Assembly (NCBI GenBank): GCA_022842685.1
Contig: JALHPC010000006.1
Span: 26,053-90,052, forward strand
Direction: 5' to 3'
Origin: Candidatus Kapaibacterium sp.
GTDB lineage: Bacteria > Bacteroidota > Ignavibacteria > Kapaibacteriales > Kapaibacteriaceae
Length of the DNA: 64,000 nt
Translations under genes and position numbers: made by a program
Part shown: positions 38,626 through 48,124 of the stretch, one piece after another
Layout: each line of letters begins with the position of its first letter
Numbering within the stretch: the first letter of the stretch is position 1
The notes under the pieces: model-generated
Told to the model about the DNA's origin: nothing
The model's input: the letters and a program-made list of their open reading frames with translations, nothing else
The model's database searches: none

Positions 38626-39714
38626 TTAGACGCCGCGAATGGTGGGAGAGCCGATGAAGTTGCCGTGAACGTGGCGCACCTTGCGCAGGCGATCTTCGGC
38701 GATGGCGTTGGAAGCTTCGATGGTAAGAACGTTCCGCTCGGCAGCCGTGCGCAGAATGTTCATGGTGATGTCGTAGATACCCTCGGCTTGGCGCATAACC
38801 TTGTCGCGGTCGTAGCCTTCTACTTCCGAAGCAACGTTCATAAGTCCGCCGGCGTTAACAACGTAGTCGGGAGCATACAGGACACCACGATCGCGGAGGG
38901 CGTTAGCGTGCTTCTGCTCTTGCGCAAGCTGGTTGTTGGCCCCGCCAACCACAGCGGCACACGTAAGTTGTGGAATGGTGTCGTCGTTAAGGATGGCTCC
39001 TAGGGCATTGGGCGAGAAGATGTCGCACGGCGTAGAAAAGACGGCATCCGGAGCAATAACCGTTGCGCCGCTGGCGGCAGCCAAAGCGCGGGCCTTTTCG
39101 TCGAAGATATCGCTCACAAACACGGTAGCGCCATCCTTTACTAGCGAGTGCACAAGATGCGAAGCCACATTGCCAGCGCCTTGAACCACGATGCGCTTGC
39201 CAGCAAGACTGTCGGAACCATAGACGGTCTTGGCTGCAGCCTTCATACCGCTAAACACACCAAGGGCCGTTACTGGCGAAGGGTCGCCACTGCCGCCTAC
39301 ACCGCCTACGCCCGTGACGTACTTGGTTTCCATGCGAATCCACTCCATGTCGCGGACGCTTGTGCCAACATCTTCGGCGGTGATGTACCGGCCACGCTGC
39401 GTTTCAACAAAGCGGCCATAGGCCCTGAACAGCGCTTCGCTTTTCTCGGAATGCGGGTTGCCAATGATGACGGCCTTGCCACCGCCCAGATTCACGCCCG
39501 ACACGGCGGCCTTGTACGTCATGCCGCGGCTTAATCGCAGGGCATCAACAATGGCGTCGTTTGTCGACGCATACTGCCACATGCGCGTGCCACCTAACGC
39601 AGGCCCTAACGATGTATCGTGAATGGCAATGATAGCCCGTAGGCCTGTTACAGGGTCGGAACACAGCACTACTTGCTCGTGGCCCAGTTCCGTGATGGCA
39701 TCAAAGAGTTGCAT
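38626..39714 (-). CDS. Leucine/valine dehydrogenase (Glu/Leu/Phe/Val dehydrogenase family)
   Basis: GGTRMW...GVNLGGGKAVIIG catalytic region. GAGNVASHLVHSL NAD-binding. 362 aa from MQLFDAITE. Confidence 0.8.
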   Translation of the reverse strand: MQLFDAITELGHEQVVLCSDPVTGLRAIIAIHDTSLGPALGGTRMWQYASTNDAIVDALRLSRGMTYKAAVSGVNLGGGKAVIIGNPHSEKSEALFRAYGRFVETQRGRYITAEDVGTSVRDMEWIRMETKYVTGVGGVGGSGDPSPVTALGVFSGMKAAAKTVYGSDSLAGKRIVVQGAGNVASHLVHSLVKDGATVFVSDIFDEKARALAAASGATVIAPDAVFSTPCDIFSPNALGAILNDDTIPQLTCAAVVGGANNQLAQEQKHANALRDRGVLYAPDYVVNAGGLMNVASEVEGYDRDKVMRQAEGIYDITMNILRTAAERNVLTIEASNAIAEDRLRKVRHVHGNFIGSPTIRGV

Positions 39715-39770
39715 AGAAGTCCTTTGCGTTTGAGGAAGGCCGCAAAGATACGCAGGGGCGCAAAGGAAAA

Positions 39771-39797
39771 GGGGTCGTCCACACTGTGGACGACCCC
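39771..39797 (-). terminator. Hairpin terminator downstream of the RRM gene
   Basis: Perfect 11-bp stem GGGGTCGTCCA / TGGACGACCCC with a 5-nt loop, followed on the minus strand by TTTTCC. About 36 nt after the stop at 39833. Confidence 0.55.
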
Positions 39798-39832
39798 TTG
39801 GTTGACAGACTCGTTCAGGAAGCGCGGGGCTC

Positions 39833-40111
39833 TTAGTAACGGTCCCTACGCTCGAAACGCGGACGTGCCTCACGTGGACGAGCTTCGTTCACAACAAGGT
39901 TGCGACCATTGAAGCTGCGGCCATTCATGGCTTCGATAGCACGATTTGCGCCATCGCCTTCCGCCATTTCAACAAATCCGAAACCGCGCGAACGACCAGT
40001 AAACTTGTCCTTCACTACGGAAGCGGTATCAACTGCACCGAACTCTTCGAACATTTGGCGAAGCTCGCCATCTTCCATCGAGTACGGTAGATTTCCAACA
40101 TAGATGTTCAT
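39833..40111 (-). CDS. RRM-type RNA-binding protein
   Basis: RNP-2 IYVGNL and RNP-1 RGFGFVEM. 92 aa with C-terminal Arg-rich tail. Confidence 0.85.
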   Translation of the reverse strand: MNIYVGNLPYSMEDGELRQMFEEFGAVDTASVVKDKFTGRSRGFGFVEMAEGDGANRAIEAMNGRSFNGRNLVVNEARPREARPRFERRDRY

Positions 40112-40290
40112 ACATCTTTCCTTCTGCGGTCCTGTGTCGATGCCGTCTCGAACACTGAATTAAAACCTGACCCGGCATCATGATACGGCGGTCCGCCAAC
40201 GCATCATGCTTCAAAGATACCACGATAAACTACGCAGCCGACGAAACGCCAACATTAATTTTCCCTCACCCGAATGTGAGCTCCGGACGT

Positions 40291-40998
40291 CTATCGGCGC
40301 AGTGACGCGATATTCGCCTCGACTTGCTTCCAGTTTACGACATTCCACCATGCCGTTACGTAGTCGGCCCTACGGTTCTGGTACTTCAAGTAATAGGCGT
40401 GCTCCCATACGTCGATGCCCAATACAGGAGTTGAACCCCAAGCCGTAAGCTTATGCTGGTTTTCGGCTTGCAAAATGATGAGCGCATCGTCGGCCGGCCT
40501 GTAGTGAAGCAAAGCCCAACCACTTCCTTCTACAGCACCAGCGGCCGCCGAAAACTGCTTCTTGAAGGCCTCAACACTGCCAAACGATGCCCGCAGTGCC
40601 GCCTCGACCATTCCCGATGGCTCACCACCGCCGCCCTTCCCAGCAGGAGCCATCACCTTCCAAAACATGCTGTGCAGCCAGTGACCACCGCCGTGAAAGG
40701 CCGCCTGCTTAGACCAGTATTGCACCAATCCGTGGTCGCCAGATTCCCTGGCCTTGGCCATCTCCACCTCGGCCTTGTTTAACCCAGCCACGTAGGCCGC
40801 ATGGTGTTTACCGTGATGAAGCTGCATGGTCTGCGCATCAATCCACGGCTCCAATGCCGCAGGGTCGTACGGCAAGGCCGGAAGCGCATGCTTACCGTCA
40901 GCCGCTGGTACTGCTCCAATGATCGTCGAAAAAGGGGCACTGGCAACACTAGCGGCCACTAAGCCGCCAGCCGCCAAAAAGGATCGTCGATGGTTCAC
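40291..40998 (-). CDS. Fe/Mn superoxide dismutase with Tat signal peptide
   Basis: Twin-arginine HRRSFLAAGG. HHGKHH...DVWEHAYY SOD motifs. GTG start preceded by GGAGA, immediately after the fbp stop. Confidence 0.85.
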   Translation of the reverse strand: MNHRRSFLAAGGLVAASVASAPFSTIIGAVPAADGKHALPALPYDPAALEPWIDAQTMQLHHGKHHAAYVAGLNKAEVEMAKARESGDHGLVQYWSKQAAFHGGGHWLHSMFWKVMAPAGKGGGGEPSGMVEAALRASFGSVEAFKKQFSAAAGAVEGSGWALLHYRPADDALIILQAENQHKLTAWGSTPVLGIDVWEHAYYLKYQNRRADYVTAWWNVVNWKQVEANIASLRR

Positions 40999-42023
40999 GA
41001 TTGTTCTCCATTCACTAAGAATTGTTCTACCTCGCACACGTCGTCGAAGCTGCCCATGTAGCAGGGCACACGCTGGTGCAACGACGTAGGCACAATGTCC
41101 AACACACGCCCTTGCCCGTCGCTGGCCTTGCCCCCAGCTTGCTCGATGATGAAGGCCATGGGATTGACTTCGTACACAAGCCGCAGCTTGCCTTTGGGCA
41201 TGGTGGCGTCTTGCGGATACATAAACACACCACCGTAATGCAACGTGCGGTGGATGTCGGCCACCATGGTTCCCACATACCGCAGTGAATACGGCCGCAA
41301 TCCATCGGCACTTGGTTTTAACAAATGTGTGACGTAGTCGCGAATCCCCTGAGGCCACTTGTGGGCGTTGCCAGAATTGACACTATAGATCTTTCCTCGC
41401 TGCGGGATACGCAGCTTTTCAAACGTCAACAAAAACTCGCCAATCGTTGGATCAAACGTAAAAACATCAACGCCGTTGCCACTCGTATACACAAGCTGTG
41501 TGCTCGAACCATACATGGCATACCCCGCTACGACCTGACGGTAGCCAGGCTGCAAGACGTCGTCCAACGTGCCGGCATCAGTCCGTTCCGATTCAAGACG
41601 CTTGTACACACTGAAGATCGTACCGATGCTAACGTTTACGTCGATATTCGACGAGCCGTCAAGCGGGTCGAAAACCAGCACATACTTGCCCTTTGGATAC
41701 TGTTGCGGTATGTGCATCAGGTCCTCGACCTCTTCACTAGCCATAACGCACAAATGTCCACCGCGCTCCATGGCACGAAAGATCACGTCGTTGGCGTGGA
41801 TGTCAAGCCGCTTGACACGCTCTCCGTGACTGTTTACATCGTCGGTAAGCCCCAGCACATCGTTCAACCCAGCACGCCGCACGTCGTGCGCCACAATGCG
41901 TAATGCCAATGTTAAATCGCGGAGCAACCGCGTTAGCTCGCCCGTGGCCTCGGGATGCATTGCCCCCTCTTCGACAATGTGCCGATCGATAGTGACAAGA
42001 CTAGAGGTTTTAAGAAACGGCAT
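40995..42023 (-). CDS. fbp: Fructose-1,6-bisphosphatase class 1
   Basis: ASEEVEDLMHIPQQ...VFDPLDGSSNIDVNVSIGTIF...GKLRLVYEVNPMAFIIEQAGG. Confidence 0.9.
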   Translation of the reverse strand: MPFLKTSSLVTIDRHIVEEGAMHPEATGELTRLLRDLTLALRIVAHDVRRAGLNDVLGLTDDVNSHGERVKRLDIHANDVIFRAMERGGHLCVMASEEVEDLMHIPQQYPKGKYVLVFDPLDGSSNIDVNVSIGTIFSVYKRLESERTDAGTLDDVLQPGYRQVVAGYAMYGSSTQLVYTSGNGVDVFTFDPTIGEFLLTFEKLRIPQRGKIYSVNSGNAHKWPQGIRDYVTHLLKPSADGLRPYSLRYVGTMVADIHRTLHYGGVFMYPQDATMPKGKLRLVYEVNPMAFIIEQAGGKASDGQGRVLDIVPTSLHQRVPCYMGSFDDVCEVEQFLVNGEQS

Positions 42024-42026
42024 GGC

Positions 42027-42479
42027 CTACTTCTCGGCTGGCAGGCGTACAGAGAGCACCGGACACGGGGCCTTGCGCAGAACACGCTCCGTTGTCGACC
42101 CAAACAAGAAGTGCTCCAAACCGCTACGCCCATGCGTGCCAATGGCAATCATCGAGATTCCATGCTCAATGGCATAGGCACAAATTTCGTCGCTGGCCCG
42201 ACCCCGCCGAACCGTAGTCTGCACCGTGCATCCTTCGGCCGTTAGTTTACTTGATAGAACACCAAGCTCCTTCACCGCGTTGTCGACCAATTCCTGCTCG
42301 ATGTCGGCAAAGCCCACCTGCGCATAACTCCAGTCTGCAGGGTACACAACTGGTTCAACAATGTGAATAAGGTGCAGCGTAGCACCCGACACTCGCGCCA
42401 GCTCCGTAGCGTGATCTAATGCCCTTTGAGCATTTTCACTAAAATCTGTCGGAACGAGAATTGATGTTATGGCAAACAT
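42027..42479 (-). CDS. Universal stress protein (UspA family)
   Basis: ILVPTDFSENAQRAL...IAIGTHGRSGLEHFLFGSTTERVLRKAPCPVL. Confidence 0.85.
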   Translation of the reverse strand: MFAITSILVPTDFSENAQRALDHATELARVSGATLHLIHIVEPVVYPADWSYAQVGFADIEQELVDNAVKELGVLSSKLTAEGCTVQTTVRRGRASDEICAYAIEHGISMIAIGTHGRSGLEHFLFGSTTERVLRKAPCPVLSVRLPAEK

Positions 42480-42548
42480 GGCGGATTCAGTAGATTGTGG
42501 CGTATACGTGCAACATACACAACACTTTGCAATTCCGTTTGTTCTTCT

Positions 42549-45500
42549 ATGCTTCGACGTGCGCTGATACTTACCCTGGTCACCGTTGCCCTTCCATCTG
42601 TGATATGGGGCACCGACCTACCTCCGGGATGGCGCGAACTGCTCGACAATCGCTTCGACGAGGCAACCGCCATCATGCAGCGCCGCTTCGAGCAAGATAG
42701 CCGCGATACGCTGTCGTCACTTGGCCTTATGTGGATTGCCGATGCCCACTCACAGAGTGCCGACGCCGCGCGGTGGCTTCGGCACACCCTCGAAGCCAGC
42801 AACGATCCACACACATTGCTTAATGCTTCGCTGGGTTCGGCACGCCTATTTTCCGGTGTCGAAGGCAACAACAGCCCGCTTGCTGCCACGTTGCGGACGT
42901 TAGTCGACAAGCCCGATGCAACCGGCGTGGCAGCCGCAGCAGCCATTGGCAGGTTGGCCGACGTAAGCGTAGCAGCTGCACGCCTGCCCGAGGCTCGCGC
43001 CCTCATTGCACGCCTTGGGGCCATTCTATCGTGGCGTTTGATCGGTCCGTTTAACAACATCAGCGGGTCGGGTCACGAACGATCGTTCGAGCCCGAGCGA
43101 GCCGACGATCCCTCGGCCACCTACGAAGGTGATTCCGACGCCCTTGTAAAGTGGATCGAACCAACGGCATTTCGCCTGGATGGCTGGGTTGACTTCACAA
43201 GGTACTATCCCACGATCTCGGCAACGTTCTACGCCGTTACCTACGTAAATGTGGCAACCACACAACGCGTCCAACTGCGTCTCGGCACGTCGGGCGCATT
43301 CAAACTGTTCGTGAATGGCACCACAGTTCACGAGTCGTCTGACGAACACAACAACGATATCGACACCTATCGCGCCATGGTGACGCTCGGCGCTGGCTGG
43401 AACCGCGTTATGGTAAAGTGCAGCGCTAGCGAAATCGACCGCTGCAACTTCCTGCTACGCATTACCGATGAAGGTGGCCGCCCGATTGCCATGGAAGTGT
43501 CAACCGAGCCACGTCCTACATCAACCGTTCCACCTGCCGCCGAAGTGCTGTCGAATCCGTTTATCGAAGCCCTTCAGGCACGGATTGCGGCACAGCCGTC
43601 ACACATCCACAACCGCCTGCTACTAGCCGAGACGCTCTTGCGGAACGACGAAGCCGACAGGGCCTACGAGGTACTCCTCGAGGCGCTACGTTTGGCTCCT
43701 CGCAGCGTAATCGTGCTGAATGCCCTGCAGGAGGCCTATCAGCGCGCAGGCCGCACCACCGAAGCCGAAAGCACGGCCGAACGCATCATGACGCTTGCGC
43801 CCAAGCTTCCGTCGGTACTCATCCGGGCTTTTTATCGTGCCATGGGCGAAGAGCGCCTTGACGATGCCGACGTCGTGCTAGAGCAACTTCGGGCCATTAT
43901 GCCTGGTTCGATACTGCTGTACGACATCGAGATTGCCTACAGCCAGAAGCGCAAGCGCCTACAAGATGTACACCGCATTCAGGTTGAGGCCTTCGAGGCA
44001 TTTCCCGACGTCTACCGCTTTGCGGCATCGAACGCCGCGCTTGCGCTACGAACACCCCGACGCTTCGAAGCCGCCCTCGAGATAGCACAGCGCCATCTTG
44101 CAGCACGCTACTCGGAATCGGCCCTCACGCTTATCGCTAGCCTGTACTATGAGAGCGGCGACGTTGCCAAGTGGCGCGCCACGTATGAACGTGTGTTCGA
44201 CATCGACCCTGCCTCGCCCGGCTATCGCTCGCGCATGAGCGAGGTCTATGCTGGTCGCAAGGACTTCGACAACGCCCTGGCGCAAGTGCGACAGGCCATC
44301 GAGATAGCCCCAACGGTTTCGAGCTTGTGGTATCGTGCAGGCCTATATGCCCGAACGGTGGGCGACGCTGCCTCGGCCGAAGCATCGTTCCAGCGAGCTC
44401 TCGAACTAGACCGCGCCAACTTCGACGCCCGCGAAGCACTGCGCGAGATGAGCGGTGCGCCGTCACCGTGGACGGTCATGCGCCCACCGAACGTTGACAG
44501 CGCCATGGCCGTATCGCCGGGCCCGGCCGACTTCCCCAACGACGACGTAGTTGTAGTGCTCGACAACACACGGCGTATTGTATATGACGGCTCGCGTTCC
44601 GAAGAAATCTCCGACCTTGTAATGCGAGTGCTAACGGTGCGTGGCATCGATCAGATAAAGGAATCGTCGGTGCCATACAAGGGCGACGGCGGCTTTGCCG
44701 TCGAAAAGGCCGTCGTGGTAAAGGCCGATGGCCGCGAAATAGCGGCCGACCGCAACGGCTACGACCTCGTGTTCAAGAGCTTGGAGGTTGGCGACCACGT
44801 GTGGATTCGGTACCGTGCCCGCGAGTTTCGCCGCGGCAAACTGTCGAAGCACTTCTGGGTGTCTACGCAGTTCAACACGTGGTATCCCGTGATGTCGGCA
44901 CGATATTCCCTCATCGTTCCTCAAGGCCACACGTTTCAGTGGCGCGCACAGAACCTCGATATCAAGCCTGCCAAGACGTCGACGCCCCTTGGCGAGATGT
45001 TTGTGTGGGAGGTGGGGCCGCGCCCGGGTATCGAGCCCGAAGAAGGCATGCCAAGCTTGATGGAGGTGGGCGAATGGGTGCACATTACGTCGGTACCAAG
45101 CTGGGAGACCATCGTGGATTGGTACTACGACGTGGCACGAACACGAACACGAACGTCGTACGAAACGCGCACATTGATGGACAGCTTGGCACCACGCGAT
45201 GCGCGCCTAACGAATCAGCAGATTATCGAACTCGTATACCGTTACGTTACCTCGCAGATTCGCTACAGCTACGTACCGTTCCGCCAGTCGGGATACATTC
45301 CACAGAAGGCCCGCGACGTTATTGTTACGCGTATTGGCGACTGCAAAGATGTTGCCTCGTTATGCATTGCGATGTTGGCCGAACGCAACATCAGCGCTTG
45401 GCATGTACTAGTGCAAACCAACACGTCGCCGCTACAGCCCAACCTGCTGCCGTCGGTGTTTCCATTCGACCATGCTATTGCGATGGTAGAGACCGAGCGT

Positions 45501-46310
45501 GGCCGGATGTTTTTAGACCTGACAGCCGAAGACATGCCGTTAGGTTCGGTACCGTTTGCCGATGTCGACGCACTAGCACTCGTTATCAAACCCGGCGAAT
45601 CGGTTCCCTTTCGTCTAAGTCGCGATTTCTTCCGCCCTAACGTACTGAGTGTGGCAACAAGCGTCACCCTCAATGCCGACCTTAGTGCAAGCATTCAGCA
45701 GACAATCACCAATTCGGGCGCCCGCTCGCAGTCTGCACGATCCTGGTTCAAGAACAAGCAGGAACGCGAAGTAAGCAAACAGCTTTTGGAAATGCTTGCG
45801 TCCGACTACCCCGACGTCGAACTCGAAGATTACAGCATCGACGGCGTGGACGAGCTCACGCAGTCCATCTCCTATTCGATGACCTTTACCATTCCCGACT
45901 TTGTGATCGAAGCGGCTACGTCTCGCATCTTTCGTATTCCATGGCACACGAACGTTGTGCCCGACGAGGCACTGTCGTACGACAGCCGACGTTATGCCTA
46001 CGACTTCTTTAACCGTCGAGACAGCGTGTACGAGACCATCACCGTTACGTTACCGCCTAACTACGAAGCCGTTGGCCTTGTGCCTCAGTTCTTAGCACGT
46101 CACGACGTAGCCTCGTGCACGGTTACCACGTCCACCACCGGCAACGTACTCACCTTCACCCGCCGCATGGTGTATAACCGTTCCTACGTGGAACCCGCCG
46201 AATACGCCTCGTACAAAACCTTCTACAACAGCATTGTCCGCCACGACCGCCGGCATGTCTTACTCCAGCCATCAGCAGCAGGTAAGGGGCAACGAGGGCG
46301 CAAGCGGTAA
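42549..46310 (+). CDS. Large secreted TPR-repeat protein with DUF3857-like region and transglutaminase-like cysteine-protease core
   Basis: Signal MLRRALILTLVTVALPSVIWG. TPR-like helical repeats (residues about 350-650). Transglutaminase core IGDCKDVASLCIAMLAERNISAWHV. The ORF-track start is TTG; an ATG was chosen at 42549. Confidence 0.55.
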   Translation: MLRRALILTLVTVALPSVIWGTDLPPGWRELLDNRFDEATAIMQRRFEQDSRDTLSSLGLMWIADAHSQSADAARWLRHTLEASNDPHTLLNASLGSARLFSGVEGNNSPLAATLRTLVDKPDATGVAAAAAIGRLADVSVAAARLPEARALIARLGAILSWRLIGPFNNISGSGHERSFEPERADDPSATYEGDSDALVKWIEPTAFRLDGWVDFTRYYPTISATFYAVTYVNVATTQRVQLRLGTSGAFKLFVNGTTVHESSDEHNNDIDTYRAMVTLGAGWNRVMVKCSASEIDRCNFLLRITDEGGRPIAMEVSTEPRPTSTVPPAAEVLSNPFIEALQARIAAQPSHIHNRLLLAETLLRNDEADRAYEVLLEALRLAPRSVIVLNALQEAYQRAGRTTEAESTAERIMTLAPKLPSVLIRAFYRAMGEERLDDADVVLEQLRAIMPGSILLYDIEIAYSQKRKRLQDVHRIQVEAFEAFPDVYRFAASNAALALRTPRRFEAALEIAQRHLAARYSESALTLIASLYYESGDVAKWRATYERVFDIDPASPGYRSRMSEVYAGRKDFDNALAQVRQAIEIAPTVSSLWYRAGLYARTVGDAASAEASFQRALELDRANFDAREALREMSGAPSPWTVMRPPNVDSAMAVSPGPADFPNDDVVVVLDNTRRIVYDGSRSEEISDLVMRVLTVRGIDQIKESSVPYKGDGGFAVEKAVVVKADGREIAADRNGYDLVFKSLEVGDHVWIRYRAREFRRGKLSKHFWVSTQFNTWYPVMSARYSLIVPQGHTFQWRAQNLDIKPAKTSTPLGEMFVWEVGPRPGIEPEEGMPSLMEVGEWVHITSVPSWETIVDWYYDVARTRTRTSYETRTLMDSLAPRDARLTNQQIIELVYRYVTSQIRYSYVPFRQSGYIPQKARDVIVTRIGDCKDVASLCIAMLAERNISAWHVLVQTNTSPLQPNLLPSVFPFDHAIAMVETERGRMFLDLTAEDMPLGSVPFADVDALALVIKPGESVPFRLSRDFFRPNVLSVATSVTLNADLSASIQQTITNSGARSQSARSWFKNKQEREVSKQLLEMLASDYPDVELEDYSIDGVDELTQSISYSMTFTIPDFVIEAATSRIFRIPWHTNVVPDEALSYDSRRYAYDFFNRRDSVYETITVTLPPNYEAVGLVPQFLARHDVASCTVTTSTTGNVLTFTRRMVYNRSYVEPAEYASYKTFYNSIVRHDRRHVLLQPSAAGKGQRGRKR

Positions 46311-46314
46311 CGCC

Positions 46315-47118
46315 ATGGCATCACTGTATCCACAGCGCGTGGTGTGCCTTACCGAGGAGACCACCGAAACACTCTATGCCATCCATGCCGACCACGTAAT
46401 CGTGGGCATTTCGGGCTTTACGATGCGCCCAGCGCAGGCCCGCAAGGAAAAGCCCAAGGTGTCGACCTATCTCGATGCCCGGTTCGACGACATCATGGCA
46501 CTACAGCCAGACGTGGTGTTTGCGTGGAGCGACCTGCAAGCAGATCTAAGTGCCGAGCTCATTCGGCGAGGTATCGACGTAGTGTGTTTTAACCACCGCA
46601 GCATCGACGGCATCCTACAGATGATTGTCCGCCTGGGCGCTTACGTTGGCTACGGCCCAGCCGCCGAAATGTATGCCGGCACGTTACGCCAGCGCGTCGA
46701 TGCCGCCGTTGAGCGTGGCGCAGAGCGCACATCGAAGCCCCTTGTCTATTTTGAGGAATGGTACGACCCGCTCATTACCGGTATTACATGGGTAAGCGAG
46801 ATAATCGAGATTTGTGGCGGCATTGACGTGTTTGTAGAAAACCGCCGATTTCCGAATGCTAAGGAGCGGATTTTGGCCGACCCGTTAGAGCCTGTACGGA
46901 GGAATCCGGACATCATGGTGGCCTCGTGGTGCGGCAAGATGTTCAAGCCAGACAGGGTGCGCGCACGAGAGGGCTGGGAGCACTTTCGGCCAGCTCTTAC
47001 GCAACAGATGCACGAGATTCACTCGTCGATCATATTGCAGCCGGGCCCTGCGGCACTTACCGATGGCATAGATGCTATGATGTCGATCTTCGATGCGTGG
47101 GAGGCAGCGCGCGTATGA
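46315..47118 (+). CDS. Periplasmic-binding-protein fold protein (BtuF/TroA-like class III) lacking a signal peptide
   Basis: RVVCLTEETTETLYAIHADHVIVGISGF...DVVFAWSDL pattern of Fe/B12 binding proteins. No N-terminal signal. 4-nt ATGA overlap with the downstream TPK gene. Confidence 0.5.
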   Translation: MASLYPQRVVCLTEETTETLYAIHADHVIVGISGFTMRPAQARKEKPKVSTYLDARFDDIMALQPDVVFAWSDLQADLSAELIRRGIDVVCFNHRSIDGILQMIVRLGAYVGYGPAAEMYAGTLRQRVDAAVERGAERTSKPLVYFEEWYDPLITGITWVSEIIEICGGIDVFVENRRFPNAKERILADPLEPVRRNPDIMVASWCGKMFKPDRVRAREGWEHFRPALTQQMHEIHSSIILQPGPAALTDGIDAMMSIFDAWEAARV

Positions 47119-47771
47119 CAACGCTTGAGCGCCAGGTGTCTTACGACGCCATAATCTGCTTGAACGGCGACCTACCCCCTGCCGAACGATTTGATGCGTG
47201 GGCGAGCGTGCCACTTGTGGCGGCCGACGGTGCGGCAAACGCGCTTATGCGCATGGGCATCGTTCCGGAGTATGTTGTGGGAGATCTAGACAGCATCGCG
47301 GACGAGACTTTGGAACTCCTTGCCGACGTATCGACGGTGATTCCTATACCCGAGCAAGACGTGAACGATTTTGAGAAGGCGCTTACTGTGGCACAGCACC
47401 AACTCTTCGAGCGCCTGCTTGTTGTTGGTATGCATGGCGGTGATTTAGAGCACACGCTAAACAACTGGAGCGTGCTCATGCGCTTTGGCCGCAGCTTAAG
47501 CGTACATGTGTTAGACCGCCAGCGCCTTGCAGTGCCGGTATATGGTTCAGTTCGATTTGCTACTACGCAAAGCGAAATCATCTCGCTAGTGCCACAGCCC
47601 AGCGTACGCCTTACCACGAGTGGTTTACAGTGGCCGCTTACCAACGAAGTGCTGGAAATGGGCCAGCGCGAGGGCGCCCGCAACCAGGCCACAACAACCG
47701 AGGTAACGCTCGACCTCCACGAAGGAGCCGTTCTCGTAGTTTTCGACGCCGAGTGCCCCCCTGCTGCTTAG
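47115..47771 (+). CDS. Thiamine pyrophosphokinase
   Basis: VVGDLDSI motif and about 218 aa. C-terminal thiamin-binding-like region. Confidence 0.6.
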   Translation: MTTLERQVSYDAIICLNGDLPPAERFDAWASVPLVAADGAANALMRMGIVPEYVVGDLDSIADETLELLADVSTVIPIPEQDVNDFEKALTVAQHQLFERLLVVGMHGGDLEHTLNNWSVLMRFGRSLSVHVLDRQRLAVPVYGSVRFATTQSEIISLVPQPSVRLTTSGLQWPLTNEVLEMGQREGARNQATTTEVTLDLHEGAVLVVFDAECPPAA

Positions 47772-47775
47772 TGCA

Positions 47776-48080
47776 CAGCACGTCCCTGTGCCGAAGGCAC
47801 GTCCCTGTGCGAAGCACGTCCCTGTGCGAAGCACGTCCCTGTGCGAAGCACGTCCCTGTGCGAAGCACGTAACTGTGCGAAGCACGTAACTGTGCGAAGC
47901 ACGTAACTGTGCGAAGCACGTCCCTGTGCGAAGCACGTCACTGTGCGAAGCACGTAACTGTGCGTAGCACGTCACTGTGCGAAGCACGTAACTGTGCGAA
48001 GCACGTAACTGTGCCGAAGGCACGTCCCTGTGCCGAAGGCACGTAACTGTGCGCAGCACGTTCCTATGCGAAGCATGTCG
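47776..48080. repeat. Tandem array of about 18 copies of a 17-bp unit GCACGT(CC/AA/CA)CTGTGCGAA with occasional 18-19-bp variants
   Basis: Read directly. The unit contains the inverted repeat GCAC-N6-GTGC. Intergenic between the TPK and esterase genes. The period is not a multiple of 3, and the ORFs over it are artefacts. Confidence 0.9.
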
Positions 48081-48124
48081 TATGTTTGGCAGTCGTCGTA
48101 CCATCTGATTTTTAGACCCTCGCT

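Noticed and set aside
47776-48080. Possible CRISPR array, because of the regularly spaced repeats
   Set aside because: The units are directly adjacent with no unique spacers. The period is 17 bp and no cas genes are nearby. It is a simple tandem repeat.
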